IMG/VR virus record: IMGVR_UViG_3300020049_013266
Coordinates: 10,815-74,814 of that record
Length of the DNA: 64,000 bases
Source of the DNA: a virus
Taxonomy: Duplodnaviria; Heunggongvirae; Uroviricota; Caudoviricetes
Direction: 5' to 3' (one strand)
Positions 9,095-18,397 of the stretch are shown piece after piece; within the stretch, counting starts at the first letter, position 1; every line of letters starts with the position of its first letter. A model generated the notes under the pieces. That model did not search any database, was not told where the DNA came from, and worked only from the letters and a program-made list of their open reading frames with translations. The position numbers were made by a program, and so were the translations under genes.

Positions 9095-9181
9095 CGGAAG
9101 ATGTAGGACTCGAACCTACACGCCATTACGACTAACTGTTTTCAAGACAGCATCCCTTAGACCAACTTGGATTAATCTTCC
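9095..9181 (-). tRNA. tRNA-Ser (anticodon UGA), type II
   Basis: Acceptor GGAAGAU/AUCUUCC, anticodon stem GCUGU/ACAGU with loop CUUGAAA, long variable arm, T-arm GUAGG-UUCGAGU-CCUAC; 86 nt. Confidence 0.7.
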
Positions 9182-9186
9182 TTTTG

Positions 9187-9260
9187 TAGAAGCGGTGGGA
9201 TTTGAACCCACAGCGGAACAGATTTTAAGTCTGATGCGTTTACCCTTTCGCCACGCTCCT
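9187..9260 (-). tRNA. tRNA with anticodon UAA (Leu-type anticodon on a short-variable-loop body)
   Basis: Acceptor AGGAGCG/CGCUUCU (one G-U pair), D-stem GCG/CGC, anticodon stem (U)CAGA/UCUG(U) with loop CUUAAAA, 5-6 nt variable loop, T-arm GUGGG-UUCAAAU-CCCAC; 74 nt. Confidence 0.6.
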
Positions 9261-9266
9261 TTTTAG

Positions 9267-9349
9267 TGGGAGTAGATGGGCTCGAACCACCTACCTATGC
9301 CGGTTACCAGATTTACAGTCTGGCGCTTATCCTGTTTAGCATTACTCCC
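9267..9349 (-). tRNA. tRNA-Tyr (anticodon GUA), type II
   Basis: Acceptor GGGAGUA/UACUCCC, D-stem GCU/AGC, anticodon stem CCAGA/UCUGG with loop CUGUAAA, long variable arm, T-arm GGUGG-UUCGAGC-CCAUC; 83 nt. Confidence 0.75.
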
Positions 9350-9354
9350 AAAAT

Positions 9355-9392
9355 AAAAAATCCCTAAACTTTCGAATAGGGATTAAGTATAA
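9355..9392 (-). terminator. hairpin AATCCCTA-(AACTTTCGAA)-TAGGGATT with T-run on the minus strand, immediately 5' of the tRNA array
   Basis: 8-bp palindromic stem; on the minus strand it is followed by TTTTTTTATTTT. It may be an insulating terminator or an RNA-processing structure. Confidence 0.35.
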
Positions 9393-9533
9393 TTATATGT
9401 TATTTATATCATACGCCAATCCCTCCGCTTAAAAGCGAATAACTTAACGATAAATATAGTTTTGTTGTTTTCATACGGCAAATATATAATATATTTTTTA
9501 CATACAAGCTATTGTTTCAAATATTAATCGACC

Positions 9534-9567
9534 ACAAACATTTGTTGTCGTTTATTTTTTATCTTTG
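9534..9567 (+). promoter_or_regulatory. variant promoter element (CGACCACAAACATTTGTTGTCG plus TAtcTTTG -7 box)
   Basis: Degenerate palindromic version of the CAAACGTTTG element followed by TATCTTTG, 17 nt before the ATG at 9584. Confidence 0.5.
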
Positions 9568-9583
9568 TTTAAAATAATTTGAG

Positions 9584-10318
9584 ATGATATCTATAAATAA
9601 ATGCAGAAACGTTGTATTGTTCTTACTATCGAAAAACAACAAAGGGTTTATTTCTCCTATGGAGTTCGATTCATTCTGCGACTTGGCTCAAATTGAGATA
9701 TTTGAAAACTTATTTTATCAATACAATAAGTGGTTAATAAACGAATCCAGACATCTTTCAAATAATGATTTTGCGGATATCCCAAAAAACATTAAAGAGC
9801 AAATAGATAATTTTACTGAGTATTCCACTTCTGGTAATTTTACTTATGATGCCGGTGATGATTTGTGGAGTTTTAGTGGTTCTGATATGTACAGGACAGA
9901 GGCTTTATCCTTGGTTAATGCGTCTGGTAAAAAAGTAGATATTGAAGAAGTTCCGAAAGGCCCTATCTGGAACAACATGATAAATTCAACAATAAACGGA
10001 CCAACAGTAATGTTTCCTGTTTATACAAAAATTCAAAACGGATATCGAGTTGCTCCAAAAGCTCCTTCCGGTTATTCTGTTGAACTTTTTTATATCAGAA
10101 GACCAAAAACTCCTAAATGGAGTTATGTGACAGATGCGGACGGGAATCCAGTATTTAATGCCGGAGCCAGCGATAGACAAGACGTGGAGTTAGACGACTC
10201 CTTGTTCTATCCATTCATAATGAAAGTAATGTCGTTTTGCGGACTTTCATTGAAAGAACCAGAAGTAATAGTAGCAGCAAATAATGCTGAATTGGCGGTA
10301 GATCAAAAACAATCATAG
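9584..10318 (+). CDS. hypothetical virion structural protein
   Basis: 244-aa ORF, the first of a contiguous plus-strand run of structural-size genes behind the conserved promoter. Confidence 0.55.
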   Translation: MISINKCRNVVLFLLSKNNKGFISPMEFDSFCDLAQIEIFENLFYQYNKWLINESRHLSNNDFADIPKNIKEQIDNFTEYSTSGNFTYDAGDDLWSFSGSDMYRTEALSLVNASGKKVDIEEVPKGPIWNNMINSTINGPTVMFPVYTKIQNGYRVAPKAPSGYSVELFYIRRPKTPKWSYVTDADGNPVFNAGASDRQDVELDDSLFYPFIMKVMSFCGLSLKEPEVIVAANNAELAVDQKQS

Positions 10319-10320
10319 TT

Positions 10321-11220
10321 ATGAGTTCAATGAATCCTCAGATTTATTACGAAGATGAAGATAATAACGGAAGTTATGTCTATGTATCGTTAGAAGAAAT
10401 GGTGCTTAATTTCACAGCCAATTACACTGGCAATGGAAAAATATTAAACAAAGTGCCTCGTTCAAGAATAATCTACCAACTAAAGCAAGGAATAAAGAAA
10501 TTCAGCATGAACGCTTTGAGAGAAAAAAAATGCGTAGAATTAGAACTTGGCGATACGTTAGACATTATTCTGCCTCCAGATTTCGTCAACTATACTAGGA
10601 TATCTTATGTGAATCCGGAAACGGGAGAGTTGATGGGTTTGTCAAGAAATAATAATATTGCAATGGGTACTGCTTATTTGCAAGACGATGAAGCCAATAT
10701 ACTGTTCGATGATGATGGATTTATTTTGGAAGGAACAACATTCTTTGAGGAAGTAAATGATCAGGTAAATAAAAGAGAATTCTTAGGGTATTTAGATTTA
10801 GGGTGTATCGGAGCGTATCCTTATCCTTATACAAACGGATACGGAATTATAAGGCAGACTAATTTTTTACTTGACCCATCTCAAAACGCAAATGGATATT
10901 TCAACATAGATACAAGACAAGGTAAGATACATTTTAGCTCTGATAATGCAAGTAGAGTTATAATGCTTGAATACATATCAGACGGATTGGAATATAGTAA
11001 TGAAAGTGATATTAAAGTGAGTAAATTGGCCGAAGAAGCTTTGTATAATTTCGTTAATTACGAATTAATGAAAACTATGTTCGGAGTTCCGATGTATGAA
11101 AAAAATGAAGCTAAAAAAATGTGGTTTGCTGCATATAAAAACGCAAAAATAGCTATGATGGACATTAAGATTGATGACGTCATGTTATTTTTAAATAAAA
11201 AACGCCAATGGATACGATAA
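10321..11220 (+). CDS. hypothetical virion structural protein
   Basis: 299-aa ORF, spaced 3 nt after the previous gene. Confidence 0.55.
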   Translation: MSSMNPQIYYEDEDNNGSYVYVSLEEMVLNFTANYTGNGKILNKVPRSRIIYQLKQGIKKFSMNALREKKCVELELGDTLDIILPPDFVNYTRISYVNPETGELMGLSRNNNIAMGTAYLQDDEANILFDDDGFILEGTTFFEEVNDQVNKREFLGYLDLGCIGAYPYPYTNGYGIIRQTNFLLDPSQNANGYFNIDTRQGKIHFSSDNASRVIMLEYISDGLEYSNESDIKVSKLAEEALYNFVNYELMKTMFGVPMYEKNEAKKMWFAAYKNAKIAMMDIKIDDVMLFLNKKRQWIR

Positions 11221-11332
11221 AACCAATAAAAGGCAATTTTGTTTGGGAAAACGGAATTCCTGATAGTAAGGTGATTTTTAAAAAAAGTAAAAAAGGAAGA
11301 TTCTTAGTAGCATTTATACCTTCAAATAAAAA

Positions 11333-14300
11333 ATGAAATTACAAAACACATTTTCTCTAGGAACCGTAAACAAAGATTCTGATTCTCGATTCGTGAGTCC
11401 TAATGAATTGGTGGATGCGGAGAACTTCTTTGTAACTACTGTTGATTCGTCCGACTTGGGAGTTGGTAAAAATGCGCTTGGAAATGCACTAAAAACAGCT
11501 TACAATATTCCTGGAGGCAAAACCATAGGCGTGGGAACCAATAATTCTATTGGGAAAATATACAATCTTATTAAAGGCACTAGCTTTGATTATGTAATCG
11601 AATATGATACCGAAACATCTGTATCCGAGATTATTTTACAATCAACAACCGGAGGTGTTCTAAACTTCAAAGAAGGTGAAATGATCAACAAGGTTGATGT
11701 TTTCATTGATTCTGTTTCCAGAGATGTTATTATTTTTTGGAGCGGAGACACAAATCCTCCAAGATGCGTAAATATTAATACGGCTAAGACTTGGGCTATT
11801 GATGGATTTTCAAATGATGAAATTTCAGTGATGAAGCCATCTCCTATTTTTGCTCCATCTATCAACCTAACTACAAGTATTGATGGAGTTGAAAACAATT
11901 TTATAGAAGACAAAATGTTGTGTTTTGCAACACGATACAAATACAGAGACGGTTATTATTCTGCTTATAGTTCATGGAGCAGAATAGCTTTTACACCAAA
12001 GAAATTTGATTTAGACTATCAAACATACGAAAACAATTCTATGCTCAACCTGTCTAATGCGGTTGATATAAGTTTTAATGTTGGTCCAAGAGACGTTGTT
12101 CAGGTAGATTTGTTATTCAGAGAAAGCGACAACAATAAAGTATATGTAATTGAAGAATTTGTGAAGCAAGATGAAGGATGGTCCGATAATTCGATCCACT
12201 CTTTTCAATTCAGTAAGTCTAAAATTTATACAACGCTTCCAGAAGAACAATATTTCAGAAACTTTGATAACGTCCCGTTGGAATCTGTTTGCCAAACAAT
12301 AATAGGTAATAGAATCGCTTATGCTAATTTTGTTGAAGGAAGGGATATAGACGAAAAAGTCGATTTTGAAGTATCGTTAATGTCCACGGAACCTTTCTCT
12401 AGCGAGGTAGAGGGGGCTGTGTCTGATTATGTAAGTGTTGATAATTATTCTAATCTAGTTGATTTTGAAGAAGGAATAGAAGATGGCGGTAGTTCTCCTA
12501 CTGATCAAATGAACTACGCTACTAATACAATTCAGATGGTCTTAGGCTCTGCTGATAGAGCTGATTTTATTATAGACGTTGCTCCAGAAGGAGGATATTC
12601 AACAATACCGTATAATATTATAGTAAAAGAAGGATCTACAGTTCTTCAACAATGGACATCATTGACAGGTAGTCAATCAAGAACATATATAACTCTTACT
12701 AATAAAAACGTACAGATTTATATAACTTCTGATTTAGGATTAATTTATGGGTTAAAATTAAACTATAACACATCTCTTATTGGTGTTATTGGTGCAGCTA
12801 TTTCCAGATATGATTATTATTCGTATTTCCAACTATCTTTTCCAAAAAACGGAGGTTATACTTCTGATTTGACCGGAAACACTGTTATAGATACAGTGAC
12901 CACATTTGACATGACTGGTTATTCCTTTTTGTCTGGAAATCAAATAAGAATTAATTTAGAATTAAAATCTTCTTTGGTTGGTAATTTTGAGCCATCTGTA
13001 ACGTTTTTTTATAACATAAGTGAAAACTATGCTGATTTAACTGATTTTATAACAAACTCAGGCTTTGTATATCAATTAGAAACTGTTTTTTCTTTAACCT
13101 TTAAAAACAATTTTATAAGCAATGAAGGCGCGTTTGTTTCTATGGTGGATTTTGATGTTTCTCAATCAGGAAATTCTCTAATACTTAAGACTCCATTAAT
13201 TGTTTATTCAGTAACGGAGCCATCTTCTGTTGTGGAGAATAAAAATGAATTTTACTTAATAAAAGACGCTAATCTACAGACAGTAGAGCAAAGCGCTTTT
13301 ACTTCTCTTCATTCAAATAGAGATAATGAGGTGGGATTAATTTACATGGATGAACAGGGCCGAAAAACAACTATTCTTAATTCTCCTTTAAATACCATAT
13401 TTATACCTGCTATAAATAGTGATTTAGTAAACAAACTTGTTGTTACAATAAATAGCAACCCTCCTTCGTGGGCTAAATATTACAAGTTCGCTATAAAAAA
13501 ACCAAAAAAAGGCTATGAAATTATCTACGGTAATGAGGTTTTTAAAGATGGTATTTATAGATGGATTAGATTGGTTGGTGAAAATAAAAACAAAATAGAA
13601 GAAGGAAGTTTGCTTACTGTTAAATCAGATTACTCAGGACCATTGGACGTCCTTAGGAAGGCGAAGGTTTTAGAAATAAAACAACAAGAAGCTAATTTTT
13701 TATCTGGAAATACTTATGAAAATGGAGATGAAATCATAGAGCAGCCAGGATTATATTTTAAAATAAAACAAGGGGATTTTGATGTAGACATAACACAAGA
13801 TACTTATAAGTCATATATAGGAAGAGGTAAAAGAAGATATGCTTCTAGGTCTTTTGTGACAACTGACCCATTGTTCGGTTTTTATGATGAAACTAACACT
13901 TGGATTCCAGACAGCGTTTTAGCGGGAACAATACTTAGTTTCAAAATATCCATAAAAGCTTATGGAAGTATAGAGTTTGACCATGAATTAAATATTGAAA
14001 AAGTAGCGCAAGACAATTACGCAAATATAAAAGAATGGTTTGATGCAGAAATTGCCGATGATAACTCTTTTACATCTTATGCGGATGATTATTTAAACGA
14101 CTGGGAATTCACAACTCCTGATGGACAAAGTTTTAGAATAAAGCCGTGGCGAGACGGAACTGCTTCAAGAGATATTATAACAACCGTTGAATTTAATGTG
14201 AATTTTGCTGGGGGTACACTCGTTTTTGAAACAGAACCTATTGAAGATTTAGAAACTTTATTTTTTGAAACACCAGAAACATATGTAATAACTGACGGGA

Positions 14301-15691
14301 GTCATGAGTTTACTACACACATACTAACAGATGCTTTTGATTGTTTTTGCTTTGGAAATGGAGTCGAAAGCTATAAAATAAGAGATTCTTTTACTGGAAA
14401 ATCTTTTTCTATTGACAGCAACCCTACTGGAATAGATAAAGAAGGTTATAAACGAATGAATAGATTCGCAGATATTACATATTCTGAAATATATAATTCC
14501 AATACCAATACAAATAGATTAAATGAGTTTAATTTATCAAACGCTAATTACAAAGATAACATTGAAAAGTCTTATGGGCCTATTTATGAAATTAAAGGAA
14601 AAGACACTAATTTAGACGTATTCCAAGAAGATAAAGTAAGTATTGTTTATTATGGAAAAGACTTATTGTTTAATGCGGATGGAGTGACAAATTTAACGAG
14701 TATTCCAGAAGTTTTAGGGCAGCAAAACACTTACGCTTCTGAAAACGGAATATCTGTACACCCATCTAGTTATGATGACTACGCTACAAATGATTATCTT
14801 ACAGACGTAAAGAGAGGAGTTGTTTTGAAGAAAAATGAATCTAACGGATTGTATGAGATTTCAGGTCAAAAAATGAAAAGTTATTTCAAAAAGTTGTTCC
14901 GAGATAACGTCATTAATCAAGTTATAGGCAAGTATGATCAATACCATGACGTATATGTATTGAATATCAAATATAACGATACTGAATATGTTACGTGGGT
15001 GTATTCGGATTTCAACAATGGATGGCTAGGAAGAATTACTTTTAATCCAGAAAATATGTGCCGGGTAAACAGTAAATTTTTCTCTTTTAAAAATGGAGAA
15101 ATATATGAACACAATCAGCCAACGGGAAGAAATACATTTTACGGCATCGAATACCCAAGTAAATTTGTTGTTAATTTTTCACAACTTCCAAGCGAACGAA
15201 AAGTATATAAAAACGGAGAAATAGAAGGAACAGATCCTTGGGAACTAGAATTAAAAACAGATTTAGAAGAAGGCTACATAAAGGCGACTGATTTCGTAAA
15301 GCAAGAGGGTGTTTTTAGAGCATACACAAGAACGTCTAACGATGTAGTTGATAATTCAGTGCTATCGACTCAAGGAATAGGAGATTGCGCTATAGTTGGC
15401 TTGGAATTAAGATTTTCGTTTCCGTTAGAGAGCGAAATATCTATTGGAGACAAAATAGTAAACTTGTCAAATCAACTTGTGGGTACAATACAAAACAAAT
15501 CAGAAAAAAGCTTAACTTTGGATGCGGTAGCAAACATCTCTTCTGGAGATTATGTAATGTGTTCAAAATCTAAAAGCTCAGAGTCAATGGGTATAAGAGG
15601 TTATCACATGCAAGTGAGCGGTTCCTTAATGAAAAACACCAAAACTGAAATTTACGCTGTTAATTCAGAAGTAGTCAAAAGTTATACTTAA
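11333..15691 (+). CDS. large virion structural protein (tail/nozzle/baseplate-like), 1452 aa
   Basis: Very long uninterrupted ORF rich in N/S/T/G/Y, typical of tail or adsorption-apparatus proteins; the antisense ORFs inside it are short. Confidence 0.6.
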   Translation: MKLQNTFSLGTVNKDSDSRFVSPNELVDAENFFVTTVDSSDLGVGKNALGNALKTAYNIPGGKTIGVGTNNSIGKIYNLIKGTSFDYVIEYDTETSVSEIILQSTTGGVLNFKEGEMINKVDVFIDSVSRDVIIFWSGDTNPPRCVNINTAKTWAIDGFSNDEISVMKPSPIFAPSINLTTSIDGVENNFIEDKMLCFATRYKYRDGYYSAYSSWSRIAFTPKKFDLDYQTYENNSMLNLSNAVDISFNVGPRDVVQVDLLFRESDNNKVYVIEEFVKQDEGWSDNSIHSFQFSKSKIYTTLPEEQYFRNFDNVPLESVCQTIIGNRIAYANFVEGRDIDEKVDFEVSLMSTEPFSSEVEGAVSDYVSVDNYSNLVDFEEGIEDGGSSPTDQMNYATNTIQMVLGSADRADFIIDVAPEGGYSTIPYNIIVKEGSTVLQQWTSLTGSQSRTYITLTNKNVQIYITSDLGLIYGLKLNYNTSLIGVIGAAISRYDYYSYFQLSFPKNGGYTSDLTGNTVIDTVTTFDMTGYSFLSGNQIRINLELKSSLVGNFEPSVTFFYNISENYADLTDFITNSGFVYQLETVFSLTFKNNFISNEGAFVSMVDFDVSQSGNSLILKTPLIVYSVTEPSSVVENKNEFYLIKDANLQTVEQSAFTSLHSNRDNEVGLIYMDEQGRKTTILNSPLNTIFIPAINSDLVNKLVVTINSNPPSWAKYYKFAIKKPKKGYEIIYGNEVFKDGIYRWIRLVGENKNKIEEGSLLTVKSDYSGPLDVLRKAKVLEIKQQEANFLSGNTYENGDEIIEQPGLYFKIKQGDFDVDITQDTYKSYIGRGKRRYASRSFVTTDPLFGFYDETNTWIPDSVLAGTILSFKISIKAYGSIEFDHELNIEKVAQDNYANIKEWFDAEIADDNSFTSYADDYLNDWEFTTPDGQSFRIKPWRDGTASRDIITTVEFNVNFAGGTLVFETEPIEDLETLFFETPETYVITDGSHEFTTHILTDAFDCFCFGNGVESYKIRDSFTGKSFSIDSNPTGIDKEGYKRMNRFADITYSEIYNSNTNTNRLNEFNLSNANYKDNIEKSYGPIYEIKGKDTNLDVFQEDKVSIVYYGKDLLFNADGVTNLTSIPEVLGQQNTYASENGISVHPSSYDDYATNDYLTDVKRGVVLKKNESNGLYEISGQKMKSYFKKLFRDNVINQVIGKYDQYHDVYVLNIKYNDTEYVTWVYSDFNNGWLGRITFNPENMCRVNSKFFSFKNGEIYEHNQPTGRNTFYGIEYPSKFVVNFSQLPSERKVYKNGEIEGTDPWELELKTDLEEGYIKATDFVKQEGVFRAYTRTSNDVVDNSVLSTQGIGDCAIVGLELRFSFPLESEISIGDKIVNLSNQLVGTIQNKSEKSLTLDAVANISSGDYVMCSKSKSSESMGIRGYHMQVSGSLMKNTKTEIYAVNSEVVKSYT

Positions 15692-15703
15692 AATAATAAA
15701 AAA

Positions 15704-16168
15704 ATGAATCAAGAAATTTCAGAAAAAATATTAAACCATAGTATAGATGAATTGGAATTCGCTATGCTTGATAACTTCGACCCAGTTATATGTGACGTAA
15801 ATCATAGATTCACAGAAGGAATGTATGTTCGCGAAACAACTATGCCTACAGGGGCATTGATAACGTCTAAAATCCATAAAACGCAACACCAATATTTCAT
15901 AATGAAAGGCAAAGCGATAGTATGGGTCGATGGAGTAGAAAATATTTTAGAAGCACCGTATATTGGAATAACGGAACCGGGAACGAGAAGGGTTTTATAT
16001 ATTTTAGAAAAATGCACTTGGGCTACTTCACACCCTAATCCAGATAACGAAACTCTTGAACAATTAGAAGAAAGAATTATTCAAAAAAACGATAATCCTT
16101 ATTTAACAGAAGATATGAAAAACAAGATTTATAAACTGCAAAACACTGATAATCAATGTCTTGGGTAG
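15704..16168 (+). CDS. hypothetical protein (possible cupin-like fold), structural module
   Basis: 154-aa ORF lying between the two giant structural genes. Confidence 0.45.
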   Translation: MNQEISEKILNHSIDELEFAMLDNFDPVICDVNHRFTEGMYVRETTMPTGALITSKIHKTQHQYFIMKGKAIVWVDGVENILEAPYIGITEPGTRRVLYILEKCTWATSHPNPDNETLEQLEERIIQKNDNPYLTEDMKNKIYKLQNTDNQCLG

Positions 16169-16701
16169 CTGTCGGGGTGGGAGCGGCCACCGCTATCGCA
16201 GGTGGAATACAGGCAAGTAAGGCTGCTAAAGACAAAAAAAGAGCAGCTAGAGCAGCGGCTAAAATGAAAGAAGTCCCATTAACTAATATTGCGGAAGAGT
16301 TAAAGGTATCTACTATTGGAGCAAAAAATAGACAAGAAGGACAATCAGCGCTTGAAGCAACACAAGTTGCTGCTCTTTCTGATGCCGGTACAAGAGGTAT
16401 TATTGGAGGATTTGGAAAAGTTACTGCAGGAAGTCAAAATCTAAATAGAGAGATTGCAGCGGATTTAGATCAACAACAAAAGAACATTGACCTGATAAAA
16501 GCGGAGGACAGTGTTAGAATTAGACAAACTAAAGAAGAACGTCAAAAAGCAAAACTTGCTGCGCTTTCCAGTCAGTATAATGCAGCTAATAATGCTCAAC
16601 AACAAGGATATGGCAACATGATACAAGGTGTTGGTATGGCCGGAACTGCTGCCTCAGCTAAATGGGGAGGCAGTGGTGATAGCACAACATCTAAACAATA
16701 A
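16156..16701 (+). CDS. hypothetical internal virion protein with N-terminal hydrophobic Gly/Ala segment
   Basis: N-terminus MSWVAVGVGAATAIAGGIQA is a transmembrane-like stretch, then an A/Q/K-rich region; overlaps the preceding gene by 13 nt. Confidence 0.5.
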   Translation: MSWVAVGVGAATAIAGGIQASKAAKDKKRAARAAAKMKEVPLTNIAEELKVSTIGAKNRQEGQSALEATQVAALSDAGTRGIIGGFGKVTAGSQNLNREIAADLDQQQKNIDLIKAEDSVRIRQTKEERQKAKLAALSSQYNAANNAQQQGYGNMIQGVGMAGTAASAKWGGSGDSTTSKQ

Positions 16702-16776
16702 TGCTAAATTCAGTGGCACTGGAACGGAAGTACCTCAAACAATAGGCTGGGATTCTAAATATAAATATTAATAATT

Positions 16777-18393
16777 ATGGCAGGAGCAATAGGTGGATCG
16801 GCTGGATACTTAACCATCGATCCTACACAAAATTATATAGGGCAAGCGGTACAGGGTGTAGAAAATAGCCTTACAAGGTTTCGTGCCGAAAAACTAGAAA
16901 AAGAAAGACAAAAAATAGAAGATGAAAGGTATCAGCAAGAACAGAGAAGACGAGATTTTAATGATGCATCTGAATTCAATGAAAAATACAAATTCATAAG
17001 TACTGGAACAGGACTTGATTCTTCCAATAGACAATCTGTTGAAAATGCCAAAAACGCTTACGCTGAGGCACAGGACTTATATCAAAAAACTGGAGATAAG
17101 AAATATTTGGCTATTGCCGGAAATGCCATGAATAGCATAAACAACGTCAATGAAATGCCAAAAGCATTGAATCTAAAAGCACAAGAGCTTCAAACAAATC
17201 AAGACGCATACAATCCTATAAGTTTCAACAAAGTAAAAGATGTATTGGCTAAAATGACAGCCGGAAATATAATGCAAAGTAATGATTCAAATGGAAATGC
17301 CAGATACACATTGATTGACAAAGATGACAATGGAAATGTAACTAAAGTTCTTTACAAGGATTTGAACAAGAAGCAACTTATGGATTTATTGACTCCAGTT
17401 GAAAAATTCAATATTTCTGGAGACAAAGGCCTTATTGACCAGTTTCAAAAAAGTGTTGGAAAAGAGAGAGAGGTTAAGAGGTTAGTCGGTAACAAAGAAA
17501 TAACCGAAAAATATACTCCAGGAGCAGAAGAAGTTGCCAAGACTATGGCGCAAGAAGCTATTGCTGATAAATCTGCCATGTATTATGCACTGGATAAACT
17601 TGGTTTAGATCCAGAAAATTTAGATAATTATACTGATCCGAAAATTAAACAACAAGCTTCTGAATACTTTGAAGAAGTTTTAAAAAGCACTGCTCCATCA
17701 ACCAAGTCGGAAGAAGCAGATTATAAAAAAGCTAATTATGATTTGGCTGTTGAGAAGGAAAGAAACGATCAGGCCCAAAGAGCTAGAGATAATGCAAGGA
17801 AAGATCGTGAAGAAAAACGTAAGGAAAAAGAAGCTCGTTCAAAAGAAGCCAGAATAGGAAGTTATAAGGTTGTAGCTAAAGAAGGTTATACTGACAATGG
17901 AGTTAAGGTTCAAAAAGAGGATAAAATAATCCCTGTATCAGATAAAGGAACTAAAGACGAAACTGGATTTAAAAACGCATTGAAAGAAGTTGTTGTTCAT
18001 AAGGATGGTACGCTAACTTATTCTTTCGAGCAAGATAATCCAGAAGATTGGGTATTGACTGCAGAAGGAAAAGCTAAAGTTAATGCTGACCCAAAATATA
18101 AGCCGACAACAAACGATTATATCCCTCAAAAACCTCGTAAAGCAAATTACAAAACAAGTGGGAAAGGGGCTAAGGCTAATGAGGTTGAAGCCGGAATACT
18201 TACAATAACAAATCCTGAAACAGGAGAATTATTTGAAAGCACAATTGAGGCAGATGACTTCTTTAGAAGAAAGGCTGGAGTAGAAAAAGTAACTACTGTA
18301 AAAAAAATACAAAAACATCAAACAAGACCCAAACAAGTGATTCAAAACGGAGTTACTTATACATGGAACGAAGCAAAACAATCTTACGAATAA
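16777..18393 (+). CDS. hypothetical K/E-rich coiled-coil virion protein
   Basis: 538-aa ORF directly upstream of the 1990-aa gene. Confidence 0.55.
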   Translation: MAGAIGGSAGYLTIDPTQNYIGQAVQGVENSLTRFRAEKLEKERQKIEDERYQQEQRRRDFNDASEFNEKYKFISTGTGLDSSNRQSVENAKNAYAEAQDLYQKTGDKKYLAIAGNAMNSINNVNEMPKALNLKAQELQTNQDAYNPISFNKVKDVLAKMTAGNIMQSNDSNGNARYTLIDKDDNGNVTKVLYKDLNKKQLMDLLTPVEKFNISGDKGLIDQFQKSVGKEREVKRLVGNKEITEKYTPGAEEVAKTMAQEAIADKSAMYYALDKLGLDPENLDNYTDPKIKQQASEYFEEVLKSTAPSTKSEEADYKKANYDLAVEKERNDQAQRARDNARKDREEKRKEKEARSKEARIGSYKVVAKEGYTDNGVKVQKEDKIIPVSDKGTKDETGFKNALKEVVVHKDGTLTYSFEQDNPEDWVLTAEGKAKVNADPKYKPTTNDYIPQKPRKANYKTSGKGAKANEVEAGILTITNPETGELFESTIEADDFFRRKAGVEKVTTVKKIQKHQTRPKQVIQNGVTYTWNEAKQSYE

Positions 18394-18397
18394 ACTA

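Noticed and set aside
9000-9266. 88-aa plus-strand ORF listed in the six-frame track
   Set aside because: It lies entirely over the minus-strand tRNA array (Ser, Ser and UAA tRNAs) and is an artefact of tRNA sequence.
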